Source: a virus (Duplodnaviria; Caudoviricetes). From it: DNA of 34,424 nt. How positions within the stretch are numbered: position 1 is the first letter of the stretch; every line of letters starts with the position of its first letter. Below the pieces are notes generated by a model. It saw nothing but the letters and a program-made list of their open reading frames with translations. It was not told where the DNA came from and searched no databases. The translations under genes were made by a program, and so were the position numbers. The stretch lies in the IMG/VR virus record IMGVR_UViG_3300032332_000273, positions 1 to 34,424 of that record. One strand, 5' to 3'. Of this stretch, positions 25,299-34,163 are shown piece after piece.

Positions 25299-25331
25299 AA
25301 AGAAAAGGGGGCTTGTGGCCCCCTTTTCTTT
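25299..25331 (-). terminator. Rho-independent (potentially bidirectional) terminator after the major capsid gene
   Basis: Perfect 14-bp inverted repeat AAAGAAAAGGGGGC / GCCCCCTTTTCTTT with a 5-nt loop and T-tracts on both strands. Confidence 0.9.
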
Positions 25332-25339
25332 TAGCTAGC

Positions 25340-26251
25340 TCAAGTCGATCCGGGTGAACCGAAGACGCCAAGCGGATCAGACCAGCCGAAGCTGTAACGC
25401 TCGCGTGCCTTGTAGCGCACGTTGCCAGTATCGAAGTCTCCATCCATTGAGTTCGTCAATGGTGAACGCTCAAAGTGCTTCAGACCGTTTGGAACATCGG
25501 TGGTCAAATACCAGCCGTTCGTGTCGGTCAAGAAGTGGTTAACGGTGTAACCCTCGGGGATTGCGCCGTTGTTCTTCAGAGCGTTGATGTCGTTGTCGGT
25601 TGTGCCAACACGGAGGCTGGTTTCCAACAGACGGGTAGCAACGAACATCAGAGCGGGCGGAATGATCAGCTTGCGTGGCTTTGCTGCGATCAGCAGGCCG
25701 CGTTCGTCCGTCCAAGCAGCGATCTGAATAACCGCGTTTTCCAACGAAGTTTCGTTCAGGTCCGCAGCAGTGGAAGGCCGGTTGCTGTTCGTACCACCAC
25801 TAACCAGCGGGTGCGCCGTATTAAACAACGAAACCCCATCACCGCCTTGATAGGCATTGCTGAAGCCGTTGTTAATAACCGAAGCAGCTTTCACCTGTTT
25901 GGTGTAAGCCATAGCGCGAGCCAATGCCTTGGTGTAACGAGCAGACAGGCTGTCATACAGGTTGTCCTCAATCGCCTCTTCGGTGATTGAGAAACCAAGA
26001 GCAACGGTTTCGTGGTTGTAGCGAGCGGTGAACGCTTCCTGCGCATTGTCATAAGCAATGGCAGAACCTTCGTTCTTAACCGGAGCAGCGGAGAAACCCG
26101 AAAGCTTGGTTTCTTCTTCAAAGCTACGCTCCGATTTCTCGGTTTCGTAAAGCTCTTTGTGCTCTTCGCCGTAACGGGAATACTCCAGACCAAACAGTGC
26201 ATTAAGCCCCGGCAGGAGTTCTTTAAGTAGTTGGGCGCGTGAAATTGCCAT
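25340..26251 (-). CDS. Major capsid protein (HK97 fold, Mu gpT-like family)
   Basis: 303 aa. MAISRAQLLKELLPGLNALFG, ITEEAIEDNLY, GDGVSLF..AHP, PRKLIIPP.L, DFDTGNVRYKARERYSFGWSD. Strong GGAG RBS, biased codon usage, followed by a terminator. Confidence 0.88.
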   Translation of the reverse strand: MAISRAQLLKELLPGLNALFGLEYSRYGEEHKELYETEKSERSFEEETKLSGFSAAPVKNEGSAIAYDNAQEAFTARYNHETVALGFSITEEAIEDNLYDSLSARYTKALARAMAYTKQVKAASVINNGFSNAYQGGDGVSLFNTAHPLVSGGTNSNRPSTAADLNETSLENAVIQIAAWTDERGLLIAAKPRKLIIPPALMFVATRLLETSLRVGTTDNDINALKNNGAIPEGYTVNHFLTDTNGWYLTTDVPNGLKHFERSPLTNSMDGDFDTGNVRYKARERYSFGWSDPLGVFGSPGST

Positions 26252-26264
26252 TTTAAGTTACTCC

Positions 26265-27107
26265 TTAGACGGCGGTAGCCGTGTAATACTCATGGCACGC
26301 GAAGTTGATTTTCACCAACATCTCGGGGATCTGAGTAAACACAATGGTTGAACTGGACGGAATCGTCGTTGCAGTGTTGCCCAACGAAGACGTAGCCACG
26401 TTAATCGCAATCGAAGTTGTACCAGCGGCATAACCCGAGGTAACAAACGAACCCGTGCGAACAACTTGGCCGTTCGATGCAATATACGAAACATCAGCAC
26501 CCTGAAGAATCGCGTTTGGCAAACCACTGCCCGTCAGCGTAATAGTCGTCGAAGACGAACTACCCGTTGCCGTCGTTGGAACTGCCGTATCAGGAACAAC
26601 GCCAACAACACGGCATGGGAGCGTGCTGGTGGTCAGAGTTGACGAATACGCCAGCGCAACAGCGGAGTTACCCGTGTTAGCACTACCAGTATTGTCCAGA
26701 ACACCGTAGTTCTGACCAATCATGGCGTAGCTGCCCGAAGCAACAGTCGTACCGGACGAACAAACAACCGCTTTGAACACGGTGTCAGGGTCATCACAGA
26801 TGATAGCTACTGCATCACCAGCTAGCGTACCGCCCGGCCAGTATTGAGAAAACTGCTTCTGCTTGGTTTGTGGGTTGGTATACGAACAACCAAGGAAAAC
26901 GCCAACCATACCTTGAGCCGTACCGTCAGTGGTAATGCCCAAACGCATAGCGTTTCCACGGATAACCCGTACAAAATCGCCGTAGTAAATACTTACGGAC
27001 GAACCGTATTGGATCGGGACTTCACGGGTAGACCCCGCAAAAACCTGACCACCGATCAAATTGACCGGCTTTAGCCCGTAGGGCGCGTCAATCGTAGGAT
27101 ATGCCAT
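26265..27107 (-). CDS. Capsid decoration / cement-like protein
   Basis: 280 aa immediately upstream of the capsid gene. APYGLKPV, GVFLGCSY and DDPD..F motifs, with a Thr/Ser-rich insertion near the C-terminus. Confidence 0.55.
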   Translation of the reverse strand: MAYPTIDAPYGLKPVNLIGGQVFAGSTREVPIQYGSSVSIYYGDFVRVIRGNAMRLGITTDGTAQGMVGVFLGCSYTNPQTKQKQFSQYWPGGTLAGDAVAIICDDPDTVFKAVVCSSGTTVASGSYAMIGQNYGVLDNTGSANTGNSAVALAYSSTLTTSTLPCRVVGVVPDTAVPTTATGSSSSTTITLTGSGLPNAILQGADVSYIASNGQVVRTGSFVTSGYAAGTTSIAINVATSSLGNTATTIPSSSTIVFTQIPEMLVKINFACHEYYTATAV

Positions 27108-27118
27108 TTAAAACTCCG

Positions 27119-27574
27119 TTATTTAATACCAGAACCAAATCCGCCGCGACTGACTGAAGATTTGCGGTCCGCAAACAGCGGCATGCGGGGATCGTTGTTA
27201 CGCATGAAGTTGTTGTCAACAGACTCCATCTGCTTCTGTGCCTGATCGTTGTAGTAATCCTGCATGGCTTCCGCTTTTTCAGCGGAAATTTTGCATAGCA
27301 AAAGCCCGCCAATTTCCACATTGCCGTCAGCATTACCCTGAACCATCAGTTCGGGGTGGTCTTTTGCCTTAACCGGAACCCAACCTATCCTAAATTTGCC
27401 GGACACGTTAGTTGGCGACGATTGCCCCAACACATGCGTTGCAACCCACCGAAACGAATAACCTGCTTCGGGAGTAGGATCTGGCAGAGAACTCGGCGGC
27501 ACAAAGACGCTCCGAGCGGTTTTTTCGCGCGATGCCAAATCGCGGGGGGTACGAGTGGTAATAGTTTCAGCCAT
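27119..27574 (-). CDS. Conserved head-module hypothetical protein
   Basis: Likely start MAETITTR at 27574 (GGAG upstream). P.P..GY.FRWV, GW.PV and GGLLLCKI motifs. Lies between the scaffold and capsid genes. Confidence 0.65.
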   Translation of the reverse strand: MAETITTRTPRDLASREKTARSVFVPPSSLPDPTPEAGYSFRWVATHVLGQSSPTNVSGKFRIGWVPVKAKDHPELMVQGNADGNVEIGGLLLCKISAEKAEAMQDYYNDQAQKQMESVDNNFMRNNDPRMPLFADRKSSVSRGGFGSGIK

Positions 27575-28484
27575 TTGCATTCTCCAATTTAACAACTTGA
27601 TCAGCGTATTGTTTTGGTGTTAAACCAAACTTCTTAGCCAGCGCGGCTTGCGTGGTAGTCAGTTTGATCTGCCTTGTACCTGACGAGCGTGTCGCAGGCG
27701 CAACAACTGCCGATTGTTTCTTGGAGGTTGACCCCCCAAACATGTCAGGGAAAGTCTTGTGCAGGCGTGAATCTATTGCCTGAAAGTACTCATCGCTTCG
27801 CGGGTCGGTGCCCGAACTGACTAGTTTTTGGTGCAGCCCTAGTGCGTAGCTGGTAACTTCCTCGTAGCCGTTTGCCCCAAACCACTGGTTTTTAGCCTGC
27901 CAGCGCAGCGTCTTTTCGTCTGGTTGTACCGGCTGCGGTACGTATGACTGCTGTTGTACAGGAGTTTCGTTTTGTTGTAAAGGGGTTGGACGAAAGTTTT
28001 TAATTGATTCCAGTTTTAGCTTGGCTTCAGTTAAAGCTTCTTGGGCCGCAATAATGGCATCCGTATCAAAAGCTTCTTGCGCATCCCTATACTGCCTGCG
28101 CACTTTTTCAAGTTCTGCTTCAGCCGCGGCTTTCGCCGTAGTCATGTACTGTTGCGTGCCTGTTTCCACATACTGCTTAAGGTTTTTATTCTCCTCTAGC
28201 AGTTGCTGGGCAAAGCGTTCAAGCTCTTGCTTTTCGCGCAGCGTGGATTCTTTGGCGCGGCGCTCATCGTGCCGCGCGTGCGTCAATTCTTTGATGCGCC
28301 CTTTAACCTTATCCGAATACGACTCAATCTCGTCATCGGTTGGGTCTTCGACTTCCCGATCCAGCGGCTTTCGCCCCCGGTCTTGCTCGGGCGTATCGTC
28401 AATAATTTCTATTTCGATGTCTTCATCGTTCGGTTTAATGGCTTGAACTCCGCCATCCTCATCTGGAAATCTGTATTCATCCAT
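27567..28484 (-). CDS. Capsid scaffolding protein
   Basis: 305 aa. Acidic N-terminus, long coiled coil, W...N.WFG and a basic C-terminal helix (LAKKFGLT..QYA). Canonical position. Confidence 0.75.
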   Translation of the reverse strand: MDEYRFPDEDGGVQAIKPNDEDIEIEIIDDTPEQDRGRKPLDREVEDPTDDEIESYSDKVKGRIKELTHARHDERRAKESTLREKQELERFAQQLLEENKNLKQYVETGTQQYMTTAKAAAEAELEKVRRQYRDAQEAFDTDAIIAAQEALTEAKLKLESIKNFRPTPLQQNETPVQQQSYVPQPVQPDEKTLRWQAKNQWFGANGYEEVTSYALGLHQKLVSSGTDPRSDEYFQAIDSRLHKTFPDMFGGSTSKKQSAVVAPATRSSGTRQIKLTTTQAALAKKFGLTPKQYADQVVKLENANG

Positions 28485-28494
28485 GTGTTACTCC

Positions 28495-28860
28495 TTATGC
28501 GCGACTAATGCCGCGGGGGTCTTCGACAACTCCTTCCACCTGATCGTCATTGATCACACGGAATTCGCGGCCAAAGATTTTCAATCGCGTACCAGAATAG
28601 GCACGTACCAAAACAAAGTCGCCCTCTTTGCACCAAGCACCTGAAGCAAACTTCGGGTGATCTTTATATGCGTCAGGGCCAAGCTTCACTACAAAAAGCA
28701 CCGTTGACGCAGGTTCTTCCTGTTTGATAAACGCATCGGGCTTAACAATTTCTGTGCCCTCAAACGTCTCATCCAGTTCAGGAACCGCGCAAAGAATCTT
28801 CCACCCGGTTGGAGTAGGAATTGTCTTTGCTTTTTGTTCCGGCGTAAGTTCTTCAGTCAT
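28495..28860 (-). CDS. groES: GroES/Cpn10-like co-chaperonin
   Basis: Likely start MTEELTPEQ at 28860. P.GWKIL, VVKLGPDAY, CKEGDFVLV..YSGT.LKI.G.EFRVINDDQV.GVV align with the GroES fold. Confidence 0.85.
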   Translation of the reverse strand: MTEELTPEQKAKTIPTPTGWKILCAVPELDETFEGTEIVKPDAFIKQEEPASTVLFVVKLGPDAYKDHPKFASGAWCKEGDFVLVRAYSGTRLKIFGREFRVINDDQVEGVVEDPRGISRA

Positions 28861-29047
28861 TGGCTTCGTCCACTTTTTTAGCAAGGTCGATGATGTAACG
28901 CTCTGCAATAGCTAGACCTTGAATAACACCACAGAGTTTCCGATACTCCTCAAACGATTGACACGCACCGTTGGCCAAATCATCGGCGTAGTTGTTCAAA
29001 TCGTCGCGGATCTTTTCGCGCAATACGCGCACAAATTCAGTAATCAT
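28853..29047 (-). CDS. Small helical hypothetical protein (64 aa)
   Basis: ATGA overlap with the portal stop. EEYRKLCGVIQGL motif. Confidence 0.75.
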   Translation of the reverse strand: MITEFVRVLREKIRDDLNNYADDLANGACQSFEEYRKLCGVIQGLAIAERYIIDLAKKVDEAND

Positions 29048-31671
29048 TTTTTAGCCTCTGGTTTGTTTTGAGTAGCTTTATGCTGGCGCTCCGACTGCCG
29101 TTCTTGCATAGCAATCTGTGCCTTGTTCTTGGCAATGTCTGCGCCAATGCGCAGCCCTTCAATCTCATGCTGGGCTTCTTGTTTGGCTTTGCTCTCTTGA
29201 ATCTGCGCGCCTATCTTCATGCCCGCAAGCTCTTTGTCGCTTGCCATTTTTGCTTTATCCAACTCAAGGCGCGCCTGATCTAGCTGGTTACGCTGAGCTT
29301 GTGTTGCGGCTTGTGCTTGTGTTGATTGCGCTTGCGCCTGCATCTGCTGCATCTTTAGCTGCATGTCCTGCTGTTTTAGCTGCGCGTCAAGCTGCGCTTT
29401 TTGCGACTCGATTTGCAACCTAGTCTGCGATTCCTGTTGACGCATCTGCAACTCTTGCTGCTTCAATTGCAACTCTTGCTGCTGCATCTGAATCAGCGGA
29501 TCTTGTTGTTGCTGTTGCGCTTGCTGCTGGGCAGCTTCACCTTGGTTCTTTTGAAGCACTTGATTGGATGCTTGGGCCAGCAAGTTTGATAGCGCATACT
29601 CGGCTTCTGCCGGAAGATCACTATCATATTTGGGCAGCGCCGCGCCCATCTGCTGCTCTATCTGTTCCCGATACGCAAACCCAATATGCTCGGCGATATG
29701 TGCCGCTAGCGCCGCCTGCATCTTTGGTGCGTTAGGGCTTTGACCCACCAACTCCATAATCGACGGGTCTTTGGTCATCGACATATGCACCTGAATATGC
29801 GACTTGTGGTCTTGGTGCATAAACGCCTTGACCGGCTCCATCTTCAACATGTTCATGTTCTCCGTTACCGGATCACGCGGCTTCATGTCTTCTGGCAGCG
29901 GCACAAGTTTGTCTGCGTGTTTGATCCCCAAGACCTCCAGCATGCGGCGATGAAGCTGCGGCATGTCGTAAATGTCCGGCGCTTGTTGCGCCATCTGCAT
30001 GACGGCTTGATACTGCACAACCCGCTGGCTCATTGTGGCCGCGTTCGGATCACTAACCGGAATGATCTCTACGTGGTTGTAGTCAGCTTTCTTGGCTTTA
30101 CGCGGTCCCTCTTCAGGGTCGTAGTCGTACTGCGGCTCTGTCTCATCTCTGATGATGTCCGCCAATAAGCGCAATTCTTGCTTGAAGCTGTAGTGCAGAC
30201 GCGCCTGCACCGCGGTCATTACTTTTAACTGGCGCTCCAATAGGGCGAGCGTAGTCCCAACCGGCGTTTGAGCCGACATGTCACTAATCTGCATGTCCGC
30301 AGTAGCCGCAAACCGCCGTCCCTCTTCCACAATAGTGGAGAGCAATTGATAAAGGACATTGGATGGTTCTTTGTACGGCAGCGGTAGGATGTTGTCGCGC
30401 AACGCCCCAGACCCGATATCAACATCTCGCCACTCCCCCGGCGCAATCGGCGTGTCGTCGCCTTTAATTCTCAACCCACGGGATTTCAAACCGCCCGGTA
30501 GATTGGAAAGAGTCCCAGCGTCCACAAGCTGGCGCATGATACTGGTAGCAGATTTAGCAAACCCGCCAATCAGATGGAATAAACCAAACCCATACGCACC
30601 AAAGCCGGGGATGTAATCATACTTAACGAAGTGTTGGCGCTTGCGGCAAAACTCGTCGTCTTCTTTCCAATTGCGCCGCACAGCCAACACATCGTTGGTG
30701 CCTTTAATGATAGTTATGACATATGGGCGCGCAATCCCCGTTTCTTCCCCGTCATCGTCCTTGTCCTCAAACCCGGCAATATCCAAGTCCGCATGGACTT
30801 CATAAATAATATAGCGCTCGTCATTGAGATCACTAAAACCTGTTTCCCGGTCTTTGGCTTTTTGAATATCCGTCTGCTCGCGGCTTGGATCTGGCAGATC
30901 TATGTCACGATAGAACCCGGCTTGTTGCAAACGAACAATCTCTTGCTCCGTTTTGCGCATAACGTGCGTAACCCGATAGCACGTATCCATATCCGTCGCA
31001 CCATACGGCAGAATAATGTCCTCTGCCGGTACAAACATGGATACTTGCCGGTCCAATGACGGATCAAAATAAACTTTCTTGAATGCCGAACCGGTCGCTG
31101 GTAAACTCCACAGCATGCGTTCATGCTCGGGCCTAAACTCGCGCATAACTTCCGTAAGCTCGTAGTTCATGTCGTCTTCGACACGCCTAGCGGCATCTTT
31201 CTTTGCCGGCGTTTCCTTACCAAGAATTTTGGTGCGCACCGGACCCTGCGCAGGAAACGCTTCCGTGATAGCTTCGGACTGGAACCGCACAACGGCTTCC
31301 GTAATCATGGGATGGAACACGCCACAAGCGCCGTTCCACGGCTCCGTGCGCTCCTCGTACTGCAAGCCCAGCAGTTTTAGCCCTTCTTTGTATGATTTCT
31401 CCCAGTCTTTGCGCGACTGCCGGTCGTTCTCAATAGCTTCGGCTAAATCGCCAGCCATCATACCCATATCTTCGGCGTCAATATCGTCCGCAAGATTGGC
31501 ATGGAATTTGCTGGTGTCTTTTTCTGGCGTGATGCTAATGTCAAGGTCGCCCGCCCGGATGTTGACCGCTTCGGGGTCAATAATCTCAATCTCAAGCGGC
31601 TCTTCCTGTTCCGCCAAAGTATCAATCCCCTGCGGCGCACGATAAAGTGACTTATCTATATTAGTAGCCAT
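29044..31671 (-). CDS. Portal protein with long Gln-rich C-terminal coiled coil
   Basis: 875 aa directly after TerL. Motifs HPMITEAVVRFQ, GSAFKKVYFD, YGFGL.HLIG, RQLVDAGTL.N, and a Q-rich helical tail (P22-like barrel, inferred). Confidence 0.88.
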   Translation of the reverse strand: MATNIDKSLYRAPQGIDTLAEQEEPLEIEIIDPEAVNIRAGDLDISITPEKDTSKFHANLADDIDAEDMGMMAGDLAEAIENDRQSRKDWEKSYKEGLKLLGLQYEERTEPWNGACGVFHPMITEAVVRFQSEAITEAFPAQGPVRTKILGKETPAKKDAARRVEDDMNYELTEVMREFRPEHERMLWSLPATGSAFKKVYFDPSLDRQVSMFVPAEDIILPYGATDMDTCYRVTHVMRKTEQEIVRLQQAGFYRDIDLPDPSREQTDIQKAKDRETGFSDLNDERYIIYEVHADLDIAGFEDKDDDGEETGIARPYVITIIKGTNDVLAVRRNWKEDDEFCRKRQHFVKYDYIPGFGAYGFGLFHLIGGFAKSATSIMRQLVDAGTLSNLPGGLKSRGLRIKGDDTPIAPGEWRDVDIGSGALRDNILPLPYKEPSNVLYQLLSTIVEEGRRFAATADMQISDMSAQTPVGTTLALLERQLKVMTAVQARLHYSFKQELRLLADIIRDETEPQYDYDPEEGPRKAKKADYNHVEIIPVSDPNAATMSQRVVQYQAVMQMAQQAPDIYDMPQLHRRMLEVLGIKHADKLVPLPEDMKPRDPVTENMNMLKMEPVKAFMHQDHKSHIQVHMSMTKDPSIMELVGQSPNAPKMQAALAAHIAEHIGFAYREQIEQQMGAALPKYDSDLPAEAEYALSNLLAQASNQVLQKNQGEAAQQQAQQQQQDPLIQMQQQELQLKQQELQMRQQESQTRLQIESQKAQLDAQLKQQDMQLKMQQMQAQAQSTQAQAATQAQRNQLDQARLELDKAKMASDKELAGMKIGAQIQESKAKQEAQHEIEGLRIGADIAKNKAQIAMQERQSERQHKATQNKPEAKK

Positions 31672-31679
31672 TGTGTACC

Positions 31680-33221
31680 TTAATAGTACGCCGCCATTCG
31701 GCGGCGAAAGAATGACGGTTCGTCTTTTTCGTCTGAGTCCAGCGCAATAAATCCGCCTTGACGGTATCGTAACAGGGCTTGAGTTGTCGTATCCACGTAA
31801 TCGTCATGTTCCCCAACGGGAAATGCCGCAACTTCTTCAATGACTTCGCGTGCCCAGCGCGTATCCGGTGCCCAGACTTTTCCTGAATGAAATAAATCAC
31901 TTACCGCGTTCATCCGAACCATCTTGTCATTGCCGCGACTAGGCGAAAATTCCTGAACGGGAATCCCCATATTGCGCAGTTCTTGGATAAGCGGTCCGCC
32001 CGCTGCCTTTTTCTCCACAATGAAGGCATCTGGGTCCCACTCCTTCCAATGTTTGAACGCCGCTATCTTTAAATCAGGAAACGCCATGCGCTCCTTGAAC
32101 GCATCCAGCAAAATTACCTGCGGCGAGTTATTTTCTTCTTCGTTATAGAACACGCCCCACGTAGTACAAGCGGAATAGTCCGAATTGTTCTTTGTCTCAA
32201 ACGCCGTATCCCATGACTGGATGATGTACTCGCAGGTAGGAGGGTCATCGTCCGGCCAAATGCGCCAATGCTTGCGTGAGACAACCGCTGAAGTGTCGGC
32301 TGTGGGCTGCTGCATGTACTGCGCATTCCAGAACCGGGGGTCCATGTTGGCTTTCTTGCTTTTTAACTGGTCAAGCGGCCATTGCTCTGGCCAAAGCGAC
32401 TTTTCTGTATCGCTGTCTTCGTTCAGAATGGCCGGAAGCTCGACAATCTCCCACTGATCGGCGTTTGGATTCTTGGTTTGGTAGTCGATCAAGCGCCCAG
32501 TCAGGTCAATCAGAGACCAGCGTGTCATAATTACTATGATCGCGCCCCCCGGCATCAACCGTTGAAGCGGTCCCTGCTGAAACCAGTTCCACGCAGTATC
32601 AAAAGCCAGCCTAGAGTTAGCGCGTACGTCCTGCTCCGAGTGCGGATCGTCAATTACAAACAAGTCAGCGCCTCGCCCCGCTAGCGCGCCCCCTACGCCT
32701 GCGGCGTAGTACTGGCCCCCCGCAGTAGTTGACCACTTGCCCGCGGCCTTCTGGTCTTCCGCTACGCCCGTCTGGGGGAAAATCTCGGCGTACTCCTCGG
32801 AAGAGATCAAATTTCGAATGCGCCGCCCAAAGTCTTCCGACAAACCCGCAGTGTGCGTACCCATGATGATCTTCTTCTCGGGGTACTTGCCCAAAAAGTA
32901 AGCGGGGAACAGGTAGGACGAGAACTCTGACTTACCCATACGCGGCGCGATATTGATGATCACCCGCTTTTTGTCACCGGCAAGAACTGCCTCAAAGATT
33001 TTGGCCAGCTTTTTGTGGTGCGCGCCCACCTTGAAGCCGGGATATACCGCGGTCGCAAACCCCAACATGGAAGTTTTTGCCGCCCCAAGGCGTGCGCGGT
33101 GCTCTCGGATCTGCAAATCCTCAAATAGCTCCATCTTGTCCTTGGTGGACATATGGGGCAGCGCCCGTTGCAAAGCCTGAAGCTCTGCTTTACTAAGCGT
33201 CGTGAAGTTGTTGGGATTCAT
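31680..33221 (-). CDS. terL: Terminase large subunit
   Basis: 513 aa. Walker A (APRMGKS), Walker B (LFVIDDP), coupling motif MTRW, RNase H-like nuclease (QSWDTA, IVEKKA, HDDYVD). Confidence 0.95.
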   Translation of the reverse strand: MNPNNFTTLSKAELQALQRALPHMSTKDKMELFEDLQIREHRARLGAAKTSMLGFATAVYPGFKVGAHHKKLAKIFEAVLAGDKKRVIINIAPRMGKSEFSSYLFPAYFLGKYPEKKIIMGTHTAGLSEDFGRRIRNLISSEEYAEIFPQTGVAEDQKAAGKWSTTAGGQYYAAGVGGALAGRGADLFVIDDPHSEQDVRANSRLAFDTAWNWFQQGPLQRLMPGGAIIVIMTRWSLIDLTGRLIDYQTKNPNADQWEIVELPAILNEDSDTEKSLWPEQWPLDQLKSKKANMDPRFWNAQYMQQPTADTSAVVSRKHWRIWPDDDPPTCEYIIQSWDTAFETKNNSDYSACTTWGVFYNEEENNSPQVILLDAFKERMAFPDLKIAAFKHWKEWDPDAFIVEKKAAGGPLIQELRNMGIPVQEFSPSRGNDKMVRMNAVSDLFHSGKVWAPDTRWAREVIEEVAAFPVGEHDDYVDTTTQALLRYRQGGFIALDSDEKDEPSFFRRRMAAYY

Positions 33222-33768
33222 TTATATCAACAACATCGACAACCTGCATAAAACGATTGAGCTTTTCTTTAATGCGCGTCTCCAATTCGGAGTCCGACAT
33301 CTCGGTTTTCTTGATCTCAATCTTTTCGGTAAATAAGCCTATTTCAGTCACTTTGCCAAGAAGCGCTAAAGCCTTTAGCCGGATGTTTGGGTTGTTGCTT
33401 GTCGTCTCTTCAAGGATCTTGGCCACTGTATATCCGCGCAGTTCTTTGGCCTGCTGCACAAATTCCCAATCATAGGCCGTCAACATCCCCGTTAGTTGGC
33501 GCACAGCCAGCGGCGTCTTCAGTTCAACAAGCGCCTGCTTCTTCTGCTCATCATCGGTGACAGTGACCATAGCCTGAAAAGCTTCGCGAGCGCTCGCCGC
33601 TTCTAGCCCATCAACAATTTCTTCATCGGGCGTCACGCCCAACTTCTCCAGCCAGTCTGCCGTGGCGAACTGCGCCGAGACTACCTCATTGGGCTTCGCT
33701 TTTTTAAGCGGCACAAAGTCACCGGGGTCGGTAACGTCGGGTTCAAAGTCGGCAAGGTGGTTCAGCAT
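33193..33768 (-). CDS. Probable terminase small subunit
   Basis: Overlaps the TerL start. C-terminal RLKALALLGK...GLFTEKIEI...MSDSELE motif is typical of TerS. ATG at 33768 is preferred over the track start at 33786. Confidence 0.65.
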   Translation of the reverse strand: MLNHLADFEPDVTDPGDFVPLKKAKPNEVVSAQFATADWLEKLGVTPDEEIVDGLEAASAREAFQAMVTVTDDEQKKQALVELKTPLAVRQLTGMLTAYDWEFVQQAKELRGYTVAKILEETTSNNPNIRLKALALLGKVTEIGLFTEKIEIKKTEMSDSELETRIKEKLNRFMQVVDVVDINESQQLHDA

Positions 33769-33775
33769 GCCTGCA

Positions 33776-33805
33776 ACTGTACACATAAACAGCGGGAATA
33801 CGCAA
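33776..33805 (-). promoter_or_regulatory. Candidate sigma70 promoter of the late operon (TTGCGT-N18-TACAGT) with AT-rich upstream tract
   Basis: -35 at 33805-33800 and -10 at 33781-33776, with an A/T tract at about 33825-33839. It lies 7 nt upstream of the TerS ATG. Confidence 0.4.
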
Positions 33806-33964
33806 GTGTTGCGTTAGACAAAGGTATTTTTAAATTTTTGTAGTAGTGGGATGTGGGCGCGTTTTGCTTTGGTAGGGGGGTACTTTGTGTATGGGGTTTT
33901 ACAAAGTGGGTGGAGCGGGTGACAAACAGTGTTCGTGGCGGCGCGTGCCACGCCATCGTGCCAA

Positions 33965-33986
33965 GGGGGGTGGGGGGTGGGTGGGG
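33965..33986 (+). other. G-quadruplex-forming motif G6-T-G6-T-G3-T-G4
   Basis: GGGGGGTGGGGGGTGGGTGGGG read directly from the sequence. Confidence 0.6.
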
Positions 33987-34069
33987 TCGGCAGGATTTGC
34001 CGCTGCGAGGGCATCGGGGGCAGGGCGAGCATGGCCGGCTGCGCAGCACAGGGCGAGAACAGGGCGAGC

Positions 34070-34163
34070 ATGGCCGACTGCGTCGGCGGATGGATGGCCG
34101 ACTGCGTCGGCGGATGGATGGCCGACTGCGTCGGCGGATGGATGGCCGACTGCGTCGGCGGAT
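34070..34163. repeat. Four tandem 24-bp repeats, each containing a palindrome
   Basis: Unit ATGGCCGACTGCGTCGGCGGATGG at 34070, 34094, 34118 and 34142 (the last is 22/24). Internal stem GCCGAC-tgc-GTCGGC. Confidence 0.95.

Noticed and set aside
22-33475. Numerous plus-strand ORFs in the track (e.g. 274-651, 8908-9582, 10210-10773, 25475-25990)
   Set aside because: They are antisense shadows of well-supported minus-strand genes, caused by codon bias, with no independent motifs.
749-33768. Stop-codon reassignment or intron/intein interruption
   Set aside because: Genes tile the strand under the standard code using TAA, TGA and TAG stops. TerL, portal and capsid appear uninterrupted, with no intein motifs seen.
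34070-34163. CRISPR mini-array (palindromic 24-bp repeats)
   Set aside because: The repeats are directly adjacent with no unique spacers, and no cas genes are present.
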